DNA of 64,000 bases from a virus: positions 15,488-79,487 of IMG/VR virus record IMGVR_UViG_3300047470_000115; one strand, written 5' to 3'. The translations under genes were made by a program, and so were the position numbers. The notes beneath the pieces are model-generated. The model was not told the DNA's origin. It was given only the letters and a program-made list of their open reading frames with translations, and ran no database searches. Shown one piece after another: positions 27,329 to 36,632 of this stretch; the stretch's first letter is position 1, and each line of letters opens with the position of its first letter.

Positions 27329-28507
27329 CTACTTACGCGCCTTGCCTGTGTTCGGCATGCACCAAGCCTGGAAGTTCCGCCCCAGCGTGAACCGCAGGTT
27401 GGATGCCATCTTCATCGACTTCGGAGTGTTCTCCGGGTGGTCGGTGTACTGATGGCCTGCACGGTAATGCATCGTGATCAGTTCGTCGCCCGCCTGGATC
27501 ATGTCCAGGAAGAACTCGGGCATCACTCTGATCTTCGTAACCTCGTGCGTCGCCTGGCCGGGAAGATCCATCGCGTCGCCCAGGTACCCCATATCACTGT
27601 CGGCACAGAATACTGCCAACTGCTCCTGGCCGACGAACAGGTCCAACTTCGCCGTGCGCTTCGAGGTGTTCATCTGAAGTGCACGGCGACACATCGCCAC
27701 GAGGTCATCGCGTGAGAACTCGATGGAGTGCGTCTGATCGACACGCTCCAGGAACGTCCTCACGTTCGGCCACTTGACTGAGTACAGCCGAGACGAGTAC
27801 TGCGTATCCTCGTCGATCTGGGCGAGGAAGTTGTTGCCGTCCTTCGAGACCGCGACGTCAGGCTCCACCTTCAGGTTCGCCATGACTGTGCGCGGCACAG
27901 CGAGCGGGACGCAGTGGTCTTCCGTGAAGGGCAGCCCATCCAGGTGAACAGCTGCGAACCGGAGTCCATCGAAGGCGGCGACCATGTCGGACGCGAGCAT
28001 GAGGCCGATCTTCGGCGGCGTGCCGTCCTTGGAGACCGCGAACGAGACCCTGTTCATCGCCTCGCGGAGGCCGGGAACCTTTACGAGGTCTACATCCACG
28101 AAGGGGTCCCAGTTCGGGTATCCGTCAGGATCGATCAGGTTGAAGCTCGCCTGCGCCTTACCTGAGTTGACCTTGAGCTGCCTGCCCTCCTGTTCTAGGG
28201 AGACAACCTTGCCAGCCCCACCTGGCAGCGACCCGATCACTCCACTGAACGCCTTCGAAGGCAGACGCCACACCTGGTCGGAAAGGTCACCAGCGAGAAG
28301 CTCAACTTCGCAAGGAATCCAACTGCTATAGAAGGTCTCGGCATCGGTCGAGCGCACGCGAACGGTCTTCTCGGTCACGTTGACCTCGATGATCACGCCC
28401 GCGAAAGCGGTGATATCTTTCCCGCTGTTCGGCGAGACGTCGGCGGCACGCTTAAGCGTCTCCGCGAACAGCCCGGTCTCGATATCAACTCGTACTCGCC
28501 CAGGCAT
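27329..28507 (-). CDS. dnaN: DNA polymerase III beta sliding clamp-like protein
   Basis: About 392 aa; RSTDAE...LPSKAF; L...DGYP; VSFAVSKD; AFDGLRFA; SRLY..KWP, all characteristic of beta clamps. Confidence 0.85.
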   Translation of the reverse strand: MPGRVRVDIETGLFAETLKRAADVSPNSGKDITAFAGVIIEVNVTEKTVRVRSTDAETFYSSWIPCEVELLAGDLSDQVWRLPSKAFSGVIGSLPGGAGKVVSLEQEGRQLKVNSGKAQASFNLIDPDGYPNWDPFVDVDLVKVPGLREAMNRVSFAVSKDGTPPKIGLMLASDMVAAFDGLRFAAVHLDGLPFTEDHCVPLAVPRTVMANLKVEPDVAVSKDGNNFLAQIDEDTQYSSRLYSVKWPNVRTFLERVDQTHSIEFSRDDLVAMCRRALQMNTSKRTAKLDLFVGQEQLAVFCADSDMGYLGDAMDLPGQATHEVTKIRVMPEFFLDMIQAGDELITMHYRAGHQYTDHPENTPKSMKMASNLRFTLGRNFQAWCMPNTGKARK

Positions 28508-29159
28508 CGATGCCCCCCTTGCTGAAGAAGAATTCCTGTGCCCACTGGTAGTAGTGGATCGCGTCCTTGATGTCATCCAGGACGCGGTGATTGCCTCGCT
28601 TTTCGGGCTCGTTCTTTGCGAGGTCGGGTCGAAGCAGAGCCACGGCCTTGCGGATAGTGCTGACGTCAAAGTTCCTGTAGTGGAACCCCTCCTCCACCGA
28701 CGGCCAGAAATGAGCGAGCCATCGCCTGTCGAAGTGCGGAGTGGCGCCCGCCATGGTGAGTCCATGGGTGCCGTACTCGACACCCATCTCCGCCAGGGCC
28801 TCCTGGGTGAGGTACATCGCCGACATCATCGGATAAGTCCGAATGGCCATCATCCAGGCTTCGGCCGGTGCTCGCTTGTGGCCCTCCTCGAAGTCTTCAA
28901 CCTCTCCGATTTGCACATCACGCAGCTCGTCCATCAAGCCAGACTTTGTGTGCATGTCCGTACACACCTCGTCCATCTTGCTGAAAGTGTAATCCAAGAA
29001 GTTAGTCGGATACCGCGGAACTACCGAGTACTCACCGAGGATCGTGCCGAACTTGTCGGTAAGGACGAAGCCAGCCTCGAAGATCGCCGACCACGGTTCG
29101 AGGTGCTCCAGGCCCGGAGTCTCCAGATCGGTCCAGAGAAGTGCAGCGTCCTTGTTCAT
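28485..29159 (-). CDS. orn: oligoribonuclease (DEDDh 3'-5' exonuclease)
   Basis: WTDLETPGL; MHTKSGL; FDRRWL; HYRNFDVSTI; HRVLDDI. Confidence 0.9.
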   Translation of the reverse strand: MNKDAALLWTDLETPGLEHLEPWSAIFEAGFVLTDKFGTILGEYSVVPRYPTNFLDYTFSKMDEVCTDMHTKSGLMDELRDVQIGEVEDFEEGHKRAPAEAWMMAIRTYPMMSAMYLTQEALAEMGVEYGTHGLTMAGATPHFDRRWLAHFWPSVEEGFHYRNFDVSTIRKAVALLRPDLAKNEPEKRGNHRVLDDIKDAIHYYQWAQEFFFSKGGIDAWASTS

Positions 29160-29356
29160 GTCTTTCTCCGTCCATACCGTCGGTTGACGTATTCAACCAG
29201 GCTGTCAGTGTCGATGTCGCGATAACCCATCTCCCCGACGTATTTGAGGTCACCTGAATGCGCCAGGGTCTTGATAGTCGCAACACTCAAACCGAGCATA
29301 TCGGCCGTCTCGTTCACCGTCAGCTTATCCGGCAATTCATCACGGGAGACCATCAT
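29156..29356 (-). CDS. excisionase-like HTH DNA-binding protein
   Basis: LTVNETADMLGLSVATIKTLAHSGDL. Confidence 0.8.
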   Translation of the reverse strand: MMVSRDELPDKLTVNETADMLGLSVATIKTLAHSGDLKYVGEMGYRDIDTDSLVEYVNRRYGRRKT

Positions 29357-31032
29357 GACGCCTTGGCTAGCAGCTTGCGGGCGTCATCGCGAACACTGTT
29401 CATGACGTCCTTGATGAGGTCTCGCTCGTCCACGATGGTGTCGAACAGGTCCCGTTTGGCCTTGCAGATGTCTTCGACTCGAACCTCAACCGAGAATCGA
29501 GTGATGATCTCGTAGACCGTAACAGGATGCACAGTCTGCTGGCCGATCCTGTTCGCCCTGTCGATAGCCTGATCGTTGAGCTTCGGAACCAACAACTTAT
29601 CCAAGAAGATCACATCTCGGGCCGCCGTCATGTTCAGGCCCTCGGCCGTAACCTGCAGACCACAGACGATTACACCTGGTCCATCATGGTTGCTCCACTC
29701 GCGGATCACGCTTGTACGATCACGACCAGGCACGTCACCGTGAAGCTGCCAGGCCGCCATGTTGCGACCTTCGCGCAGGCGCTTGACCATCAGGTCGTTG
29801 ATAGCTCGGAACGTCGTGAAGACGATGACCTTACGTCCGCCCTTGGTTGCCCCCTCGTCATCTTTGATGATGTCGTCGATTAGATCGATAGCACGATCTA
29901 GTTTCGCACTGTGATCCTCGCCGGTGAAGTCGAACGTCGACCCACAGATCTGACGCAGGCGAGTGAACTTCGCCCGGTCGTCAGTGATGTCCTTGTCCTC
30001 CTTGCCGGGGCGCTCGATGACCATGTCCTCGATGGCTTTCAAGTACAGCGCGCGCTGCTTGTCGTTCATGTCGACCCATACCTGCTGCTTCACAACAGGC
30101 GGCAGTTCAAGGTCAGGAATCTCACTCTTGAGTCGGCGAATCATCCTGCCGTACACGCGCACCCTGAAGTCCGGATCGTCCTTGACTTGTTGCTGCAGCT
30201 CGGGACTCGCTGCAACCTGAGCCTGCAAGTCAGTATTACCGTAGAGAAGCTGGCGCAACTCAGATACACGCTTTGCGCCAGTGACAACCTTCTCGTTCTT
30301 CGTGAGGGCGGGCCTGTAATCCGGGTCGCCCTCTTTTCCGTGGGCAGGTCGCACAGTAAAGGTGCGAGTCTCGAACTGGGCATACCTGTTCATGAACGAG
30401 TCGACCGGCCTGTCGATCGCCCCAACCATGGTGAGCGGCGCCCACAGGCTGCCTACGTCGTTCATGTACAGTGTGCCAGTCAACGCAAAGACTCGCGTCA
30501 CCGATTTGGCGAATGCGACTGACGCCTGCGTACGGTTAGACTCGGGATTCTGTGTCTTGTGGGCCTCATCAAAGACGCCGAGGTGAAAGTTGAGCTTGGA
30601 TAGTAGGGTGCCATGCTTGATGAGCATCTCATAGCTGCAGATCAGTGCGGAGGGCCCGTCGCCGTCGTAACTGGCAAACTCGGCAATCTGGAGCTTACGG
30701 GCCCTCGCGTCCAGGCGAGTCTTGCGACCCTCCGCTTGTCCAAGTACCGTGACGGGAAAGGTGCAGAACGAAGCAATCTCCTCGGCCCAGTTGGGGACGA
30801 CCGAGTTGGGCGCCACGACGACGAGACGCTTAGTCCCCGCCATGCCTGCCTTGACATCTACACCAAAGGCTACAAGGGTCTGCAGCGTCTTGCCGAGGCC
30901 CATATCGTCACCCTGGATGAGGTGTCGACGATGCCTCATCCACTCGACGCCGCGCATCTGATGTTTGTAAAACTCAATTCCATCTTTGAGGTAAAATGCG
31001 GTCAGATTCACCCGAGTCACCCTACTTATCAC
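29353..31032 (-). CDS. SNF2-family helicase
   Basis: GDDMGLGKT, DEAH, LTGT, EGLN, QAIDRANRIGQ. Confidence 0.92.
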   Translation of the reverse strand: MISRVTRVNLTAFYLKDGIEFYKHQMRGVEWMRHRRHLIQGDDMGLGKTLQTLVAFGVDVKAGMAGTKRLVVVAPNSVVPNWAEEIASFCTFPVTVLGQAEGRKTRLDARARKLQIAEFASYDGDGPSALICSYEMLIKHGTLLSKLNFHLGVFDEAHKTQNPESNRTQASVAFAKSVTRVFALTGTLYMNDVGSLWAPLTMVGAIDRPVDSFMNRYAQFETRTFTVRPAHGKEGDPDYRPALTKNEKVVTGAKRVSELRQLLYGNTDLQAQVAASPELQQQVKDDPDFRVRVYGRMIRRLKSEIPDLELPPVVKQQVWVDMNDKQRALYLKAIEDMVIERPGKEDKDITDDRAKFTRLRQICGSTFDFTGEDHSAKLDRAIDLIDDIIKDDEGATKGGRKVIVFTTFRAINDLMVKRLREGRNMAAWQLHGDVPGRDRTSVIREWSNHDGPGVIVCGLQVTAEGLNMTAARDVIFLDKLLVPKLNDQAIDRANRIGQQTVHPVTVYEIITRFSVEVRVEDICKAKRDLFDTIVDERDLIKDVMNSVRDDARKLLAKAS

Positions 31033-31126
31033 TATCCCTCTCCGGATCGCAGCGTATCGGCGTCGCTACAATCCGAAGAGGGAATCCATTCCCACCACAC
31101 AGCCCCGCGATGAGGTACAGACTCGC

Positions 31127-31630
31127 CTAGAGTTCAAGCAACTCCTGGGTCGTATCCTTCTTCGCGAGTTGGGCCTCGATACATTTCTTGTGTGCGTACG
31201 CTCCCGTGTACGTCCGCATGCGTGTGTTCTGCGACTTCGGACCCGACACCCACAGGGTCGCCTGCTTGCAGGCGTTCTCGACGTCGGCGAGGTCGACCAC
31301 CTCCAGGCAGTAGTCGCAGACAGGCTCCTGACCCTCCATGGCCTTGACGACCACCAGAAGCATCTCGGTCAGTGACCGAGTGAACAGGTACTCGACACCT
31401 GGCGGGACCTCGACTCCCGTGACGTCCTGACCCGTCGCCGAGAAGCTCTGTGATCCCCTGGATGCGAGAAGTTCGATCAGGGCTACCCTCTGGCGGTCAT
31501 TCAGTTCGGTAGCCCGCTGCGCGAATTCATCACGGGCCAGGTCGGCGTCAACGACGCTCTTGTGGCCCACAAGCTCTCCGACTCCGAAGAGTGCCTCGGA
31601 GAGCCAGTCTTCCCCCTTGCGCTCACCCAT
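31127..31630 (-). CDS. hypothetical protein with C-terminal CxxC...HxxC Zn site
   Basis: AGGGG RBS; CDYC...HKKC. Confidence 0.65.
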   Translation of the reverse strand: MGERKGEDWLSEALFGVGELVGHKSVVDADLARDEFAQRATELNDRQRVALIELLASRGSQSFSATGQDVTGVEVPPGVEYLFTRSLTEMLLVVVKAMEGQEPVCDYCLEVVDLADVENACKQATLWVSGPKSQNTRMRTYTGAYAHKKCIEAQLAKKDTTQELLEL

Positions 31631-31649
31631 CTTTGCCCCTAGCTCCTAC

Positions 31650-32192
31650 TCAGATCTTTTTTGCTGCGGTGGCTGGTGTGCATCCCGGGCAGGCAGGTTC
31701 CCCCGAAGCGACCATACGTGCAGCAAGAGTGTCGTACACCGAACCGCAGTCTCGGCATGTGACAGATCCAGATGCGAAATCGCCTGAAGTAAGCGCTTCG
31801 GGAGTGACATTAAATCTGTCGCAGGCTGCCCGGTATCCTCGTTTTGAGGACATCACCTCGTCGTAGCACTGGTTCGTCTCGTGCGACTTCATACAACGAG
31901 GACAAAGCCCGAACTTAAATCGCAGAAGAGACTCGGCATAGCCAAGGTGGTAGAGGGCGTTCGGGTCTACGTTCTCGCCTGCACCCGCTATTCCGAGCAT
32001 CATCACGCGGATGTAGTGAAGCTGTTCTGCGTCCAGCGAGCCCCAGAACTGCGCAGTCCTGACCTCGTGGTCAAGGTGCTCCAGTTTGGGCACTTCTGTT
32101 TGATCCGACTCCGAGGTGTCACCGAGCATCTTCATAATGCGATCGATGTCATCTTCGGCGCCCTCTCCAGTCCAGCTAAAGTAGCCATCCAT
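31650..32192 (-). CDS. hypothetical Zn-ribbon protein
   Basis: AGGAGG RBS; CPRC, CRDC and CPGC motifs. Confidence 0.7.
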   Translation of the reverse strand: MDGYFSWTGEGAEDDIDRIMKMLGDTSESDQTEVPKLEHLDHEVRTAQFWGSLDAEQLHYIRVMMLGIAGAGENVDPNALYHLGYAESLLRFKFGLCPRCMKSHETNQCYDEVMSSKRGYRAACDRFNVTPEALTSGDFASGSVTCRDCGSVYDTLAARMVASGEPACPGCTPATAAKKI

Positions 32193-32220
32193 TCTTACGA
32201 TTCACCTCCTAGGTGAAATA

Positions 32221-32274
32221 GAAAAAGCGAGACTACGCCCAACCAGTCGCGAGGACCGGTTGGGCGTAGTCTCG
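32221..32274 (-). terminator. intrinsic terminator
   Basis: 17-bp stem cgagactacgcccaacc/ggttgggcgtagtctcg; A-run on + gives a U-tail on -. Confidence 0.8.
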
Positions 32275-32284
32275 TATGAAGTTG

Positions 32285-33730
32285 TTACGTCCAGGGCAGG
32301 GCGCCTTCGGTTTCATCCGCAGGCTCTTCGTACTGATCCACGCCAGGCTCTGCGAAGCCCTGGGGCGGACCGGGTACTTCTGCTGCCCAGACGGGCATGC
32401 TACTGCTTACCGCACCCCCCGCACCGTCGGGCACGACTTCAGCGACCTGTACGGCTTGCGGCATGCCCATTGGAGCGAAGGGAATGCCGCTTGACGCGCG
32501 GGCCGGTGAAGGTGCACTCTGTGCGGGGGGCGGAGGTGCAGCTGCCGTTGCGACCGGGGTTCCGGAGGGCTGTCCGGTCTGGACCGGCGCGGCGGCGGGC
32601 TGCGGTTGCGGAGCAGGCTGTACCTGCTGTGCTGGAGCAGGCGTCTGTTGTGCCATGTACTGCGGTTGCGGTTGCTGCTGCTCTTGCTGCGGCTGCGGTT
32701 GCGTGGGTGCAGTATTCGGAACCACACTCCCCTGAATGGTCTGATGACCACCCATGAGGCGGGCCAACGGGTCGGGGGCTCCCGACGAGACGAGCTCCTT
32801 CACCCGACTGGGCGGCGGCGCACTTCGGCGACCTCCACCCATCGAGGACGGGTCTACGCCGTCCTTCAGTTCGTCGACACTCATGACGAAGTTCGGGTCC
32901 TCCGAGCGCGGCGGCTGGAGGCCGTTGACCGCGTGCTCCTTGTCTTCGGCTTCGATGATGATGTTCTTGGTGAAGTCACGCATCTGCGAGAATTGACCCG
33001 ACAGTGCAGCCCAGTGGTCTGCAGGAATCGTTCCGGTCACCTCGACACGCGGGGTGCAGAACTGCACTTCCCCGCTGGTGTGCATATCGAGCGCAAGGTT
33101 GACCATGAACTGGTACGGCGACGCGTTCTTGCCGCTGCTGAACACCTTCCTGAAGAACTTCTTCATCGGCTTGATGCCCGCGCCCTTGATAGACAGGAAC
33201 GCGGTGACCGGCTGCTCTGCACCAGGGGGCTGGTACATCACATACACGTTCATGATCAGGCCGCACGCCGGACGGCTGCCGTCGCTGCCCCAGATCTGGA
33301 AACTGCACTTCGTGCAGTCCAGAATCACCCGGTTGTAAACCGGGTTTACCTGGGCCTTTGTCGGCTCGAAGACGCTCGTGTTCCAGGGGAACAGGACCGG
33401 CTTCTCGACGTCCGTGTTGGGCTGGCCGTGCTCGTTGTCGTTCGACCTGCACTGAGGCATTTCGTCCGACTTGAAGCCCTGGCCTGGCTTGGTGGGCTTC
33501 CACATGACGCGCGAGTAGCTGAAGCCGAGGATCACGACGTTCGCGAGAATGTCGTACTCGGTGTCGCTGACGGACTCGACGAATCGGCCGTCCTTGTGGT
33601 TGATCCTGAGTCGGGGATAACCTCCCTCCTCAAGTTCATCCATGCCGGTTTCGAGGTCTTCCGGCACACCACCCGCGTGCTGCTTTACGAGTTCAGACCC
33701 AACCATCGAGTCTTCGACGGGTACGCTCAA
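32285..33730 (-). CDS. putative ssDNA-binding/annealing protein with long Pro/Gln/Ala tail
   Basis: N-terminal YPRLRI...PQCRSND...C..C...W...C domain; disordered tail ending in acidic EEPADETEGALPWT; strong codon bias. Confidence 0.6.
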   Translation of the reverse strand: MSVPVEDSMVGSELVKQHAGGVPEDLETGMDELEEGGYPRLRINHKDGRFVESVSDTEYDILANVVILGFSYSRVMWKPTKPGQGFKSDEMPQCRSNDNEHGQPNTDVEKPVLFPWNTSVFEPTKAQVNPVYNRVILDCTKCSFQIWGSDGSRPACGLIMNVYVMYQPPGAEQPVTAFLSIKGAGIKPMKKFFRKVFSSGKNASPYQFMVNLALDMHTSGEVQFCTPRVEVTGTIPADHWAALSGQFSQMRDFTKNIIIEAEDKEHAVNGLQPPRSEDPNFVMSVDELKDGVDPSSMGGGRRSAPPPSRVKELVSSGAPDPLARLMGGHQTIQGSVVPNTAPTQPQPQQEQQQPQPQYMAQQTPAPAQQVQPAPQPQPAAAPVQTGQPSGTPVATAAAPPPPAQSAPSPARASSGIPFAPMGMPQAVQVAEVVPDGAGGAVSSSMPVWAAEVPGPPQGFAEPGVDQYEEPADETEGALPWT

Positions 33731-33862
33731 GGTTTCCTGCCTTGTTTGATCCGATATGGACTGGTGTTTTGTCTCAGCGTAAACCGCTCGAAGCGGCGTG
33801 TACCCCGAAGAGTACGACGTCGCCCACCACTTGACGACCCCAAGGCGCTACCCTCGCAGTCG

Positions 33863-34156
33863 CTAGTGATAAGCGACGATCCCAACCCGGAAGCACCAAT
33901 CGACAAGGTCTGCTTCAGACACTCGCCATTCGGGCTGCCGATCCTTTGGGGCTATATTTACCGCCTTAAGGCGGTCGCCGTTCGCAAGGTAACTACCCTC
34001 GCTCCTGCCCCAAAAGTATATGTAGTTATTCTCCAGCTCGGGCTGCGTCAACGCCAGCAGTCCGGCGACTTGGTCCATGGTGTACAGAAAGGGTCGCACC
34101 GGAAGGCCGACCTTTTGCGCTTTGGCCAACCTACTCGATGTGCGACCCTGACTCAC
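33863..34156 (-). CDS. HTH DNA-binding protein (excisionase-like)
   Basis: LYTMDQVAGLL...WRVSEADL. Confidence 0.65.
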   Translation of the reverse strand: MSQGRTSSRLAKAQKVGLPVRPFLYTMDQVAGLLALTQPELENNYIYFWGRSEGSYLANGDRLKAVNIAPKDRQPEWRVSEADLVDWCFRVGIVAYH

Positions 34157-34200
34157 GAGACCCCCAGGTCGATCTGGACGCCCCCGCTATGAGTAGTGCT

Positions 34201-34229
34201 ACCATAGCAAACGGGCTCGTCTTTGTCAA
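34201..34229 (-). promoter_or_regulatory. promoter TTGACA-N17-TATGGT (extended TG)
   Basis: Near-consensus match upstream of the HTH/SSB genes; overlapped by two CAAACGGGC direct repeats. Confidence 0.75.
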
Positions 34230-34243
34230 ACGGGCAAACTCTC

Positions 34244-35293
34244 CTAGCGCCGATGGAACCCGTGGAGCTCTTTGGTGGCAGCTCCGCGTGCACTACGCCC
34301 CTGATTCGAGATCAGGGCTGCAATGCCCTGCTCGATACCTTCAGGCGTGTATCCACCGAACCGGTGAGGTCCCGTTTGATGCACTGCGAATCCTACCTCA
34401 GACCATCGCTTGAGGACATTCGTAATCGCGCCGGTCGATGGCGGGTTATCAACGTTGATCGCTCTTGCGATCTCGGTGACGGTGAGCTCTGTCACCTCGA
34501 CCATGAGACCGATGGTGTACTTGTCGCACACCTCCTTGACCTCACGCTCCAGCTGGCCAGCCTTGCGAAGGTTCTTGGACTCAACCTCGGGAGCCACACC
34601 CTCGCGGAGCGACAGGCCCATGTGCTTGAGGCCGGTCGCGAGCGCCTGCTCCTCACTGACACTGTTGGACGCGCGCCGACCAGACTCCACGTAGTCCGGA
34701 TTCGGCGGCAGAATGCCCACCTTGATGGCCCGACGCACACGCATCTGATCCTTGGTCAGCTCGCCCTTCTCGGCGAGCTCCTCCTCGCGCTGGTTGGCAG
34801 TCACCGTGGGCGCAACCTCGGATGCAGCCTGCGCTCGATTGAGGCCGTAGCTCGGGTCATCCCAGGGTCGCACGAAGTGCTCGACGGGAACGATGCCCTC
34901 GTCGTCCTCTCTCCACCACTTGCCGGTGAACCAGATGCGCTCGCCCGGTTCCCACGCGATGGACGTAAAGAACTCCGGCTGGCGGGCGACCCTCTCCACC
35001 ACATCGGGGGTAGTATCGCACATCTCCGCGAGCAGGTCCACCTCCAGGCCGGTGACCGACCCCTTAATGATGCGGAGGATCGCCTTTCGTTCGAGCTTCA
35101 TCACGCGAGTGATCACATCGTGGCAGCCACAGGCGCATGAGTGATGGGTATGAGTGCCGTGCAGGTGCGTGGTCCAATCCCCACGACAGAACTGCATCGG
35201 CTCGCCTCGGTAGTTCCGATTCTGCTCGGCCTCGTGATTGCCGTTCTGGCAAAAACCCGTCACGTACCCAGACGGCAAATTCTTAGTAGCCAC
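34244..35293 (-). CDS. hypothetical protein with C-terminal winged-HTH
   Basis: N-terminal Cys/His cluster; LTVTEIARAI...PPSTGAITNVLKRW..VGF. Confidence 0.7.
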   Translation of the reverse strand: MATKNLPSGYVTGFCQNGNHEAEQNRNYRGEPMQFCRGDWTTHLHGTHTHHSCACGCHDVITRVMKLERKAILRIIKGSVTGLEVDLLAEMCDTTPDVVERVARQPEFFTSIAWEPGERIWFTGKWWREDDEGIVPVEHFVRPWDDPSYGLNRAQAASEVAPTVTANQREEELAEKGELTKDQMRVRRAIKVGILPPNPDYVESGRRASNSVSEEQALATGLKHMGLSLREGVAPEVESKNLRKAGQLEREVKEVCDKYTIGLMVEVTELTVTEIARAINVDNPPSTGAITNVLKRWSEVGFAVHQTGPHRFGGYTPEGIEQGIAALISNQGRSARGAATKELHGFHRR

Positions 35294-36217
35294 TCACGCA
35301 CTCCTCTGATCCTCGTCGTGCCCTTCGAGTGCGGCTCGAAGTTCGCTCTGCTTGATATCGACATAAACAGCGGCACTGCGTATGTCTCTCTGTCGCAGTA
35401 CCCGTTGAACCAGTAGTAGACTCTTGCTCTTGTCGTACACCCTCGTGCCAACCGTATGCCGTCCCGAGTGTGAACCCTCCGACCCGTCGGTCTTGGTCGG
35501 CCGCCCTAACGCCAGTTCAAGAAGCTCGCTCCACCACAGTCGAGCGGTGCGATCGGCTGCACTGATAATCGAAGATCGACCCTCATTCTCGGCAGTCATC
35601 GCAGCCATGAACAGGGGTCGGCGAGCCTTCTTCGGGATCGGGTAGCGCTTGACCTGGCCACCCTTGCCGATCATAATCAGTTCCCAGTTCACGAAGTCGA
35701 GCTGCTCGGGTGCGATCGACCTCGCCTCACTGATGCGGAAGGCCATGTAGCCCGTGAAGGCTACGAGTGCCTCCTTCTCGTTGTGGCCGTCAGCCTTCTC
35801 CATCATCTTGTCTATGGTGGCATCGCCACCCTCGACCGGGTGAGGCTTCCCGTCCGGTGACGAAGGCTGCTTGTAATCCTTGAGGGGCTCCACCATCCCC
35901 AGCGAGGCCATGAATCGCCGGAACCCAGCCAGGTGACGAAGGCAGGACTTTACGCGCTCCGGATCGGCAGCCTCCTCGTTGAGGAACTCGGCGGCGATGA
36001 ACTCCGCCTCCTCCTGGGAGACCTGTATCGAAAGCCGCTCACGCTCGACCTCGATCCACTTGAGGTCAAGTCGCTCCAGCTTCACCTGCATCAGGAGGAG
36101 CGTCAGCACCTTGGCGTCCGACTGATACGCCCTTCGGGTGTTGGGCTTTCTTCCTTGCGAAATCAGTTGACGTCGGAGACGCTCGAGTGAGTCGGTAGAG
36201 ACCGTAAAATCCTTCAT
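35294..36217 (-). CDS. tyrosine recombinase (integrase/XerC-like), divergent
   Basis: G.KPNTRRAY; FRISEA (R); GKGG (K); HSGRH (HxxR); VQRVLRQ (LGH replaced); AVYV (Y). Confidence 0.85.
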   Translation of the reverse strand: MKDFTVSTDSLERLRRQLISQGRKPNTRRAYQSDAKVLTLLLMQVKLERLDLKWIEVERERLSIQVSQEEAEFIAAEFLNEEAADPERVKSCLRHLAGFRRFMASLGMVEPLKDYKQPSSPDGKPHPVEGGDATIDKMMEKADGHNEKEALVAFTGYMAFRISEARSIAPEQLDFVNWELIMIGKGGQVKRYPIPKKARRPLFMAAMTAENEGRSSIISAADRTARLWWSELLELALGRPTKTDGSEGSHSGRHTVGTRVYDKSKSLLLVQRVLRQRDIRSAAVYVDIKQSELRAALEGHDEDQRSA

Positions 36218-36632
36218 CTTCTGCCTGCCTAGCCCTTTCATCACGGCGCTTCACCTCGGGCAAGGCTGCTTCGACTGCTCGATTTACGGCGTCCTGAAGG
36301 GCTAGCAACTCTTCCTCAGTGCATCGGGACAGATTCGTTCGCATCGTGCGACCATCTGGCTGCGACGTCCAGCCGAACCACACGGCAGTCCCGGATTCGA
36401 GATTGCCATACTCGGCGTAGAGTTGTGCACCTTCAGCGCCTTCCTCGACCAGCCGAGCAGCTTCTTCCTCGAATCCCTCCCTTCCGGGGTCCTTGGCTTT
36501 GTCTACGACAATCACGCCAGGGTAGAAATCGAGTTGGAACTGTCGACCCAGTGGAACTGCACTGAAGCCACCTAGGGGGCGCCTGCCCCCACCGTCTTTT
36601 TGATTACGCCTGCCAGGCTGATAGAGAGTCAC
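36066..36632 (-). CDS. hypothetical protein overlapping the recombinase 5' end
   Basis: Coupled start; protein-like composition. Confidence 0.6.
   Translation of the reverse strand: MTLYQPGRRNQKDGGGRRPLGGFSAVPLGRQFQLDFYPGVIVVDKAKDPGREGFEEEAARLVEEGAEGAQLYAEYGNLESGTAVWFGWTSQPDGRTMRTNLSRCTEEELLALQDAVNRAVEAALPEVKRRDERARQAEDEGFYGLYRLTRASPTSTDFARKKAQHPKGVSVGRQGADAPPDAGEAGAT

Noticed and set aside
27329-28783. 484-aa ORF with a long N-terminal extension
   Set aside because: The first ~92 codons overlap the oligoribonuclease; the clamp starts at 28507.
32606-34192. Long + strand ORFs antisense to minus-strand genes (also 47411-48733, 47776-48816) and - strand ORFs antisense to structural genes (7917-9149, 8792-10201, 19059-20285)
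   Set aside because: Shadow ORFs caused by high GC3 on the coding strand; no RBS or protein-like motifs.
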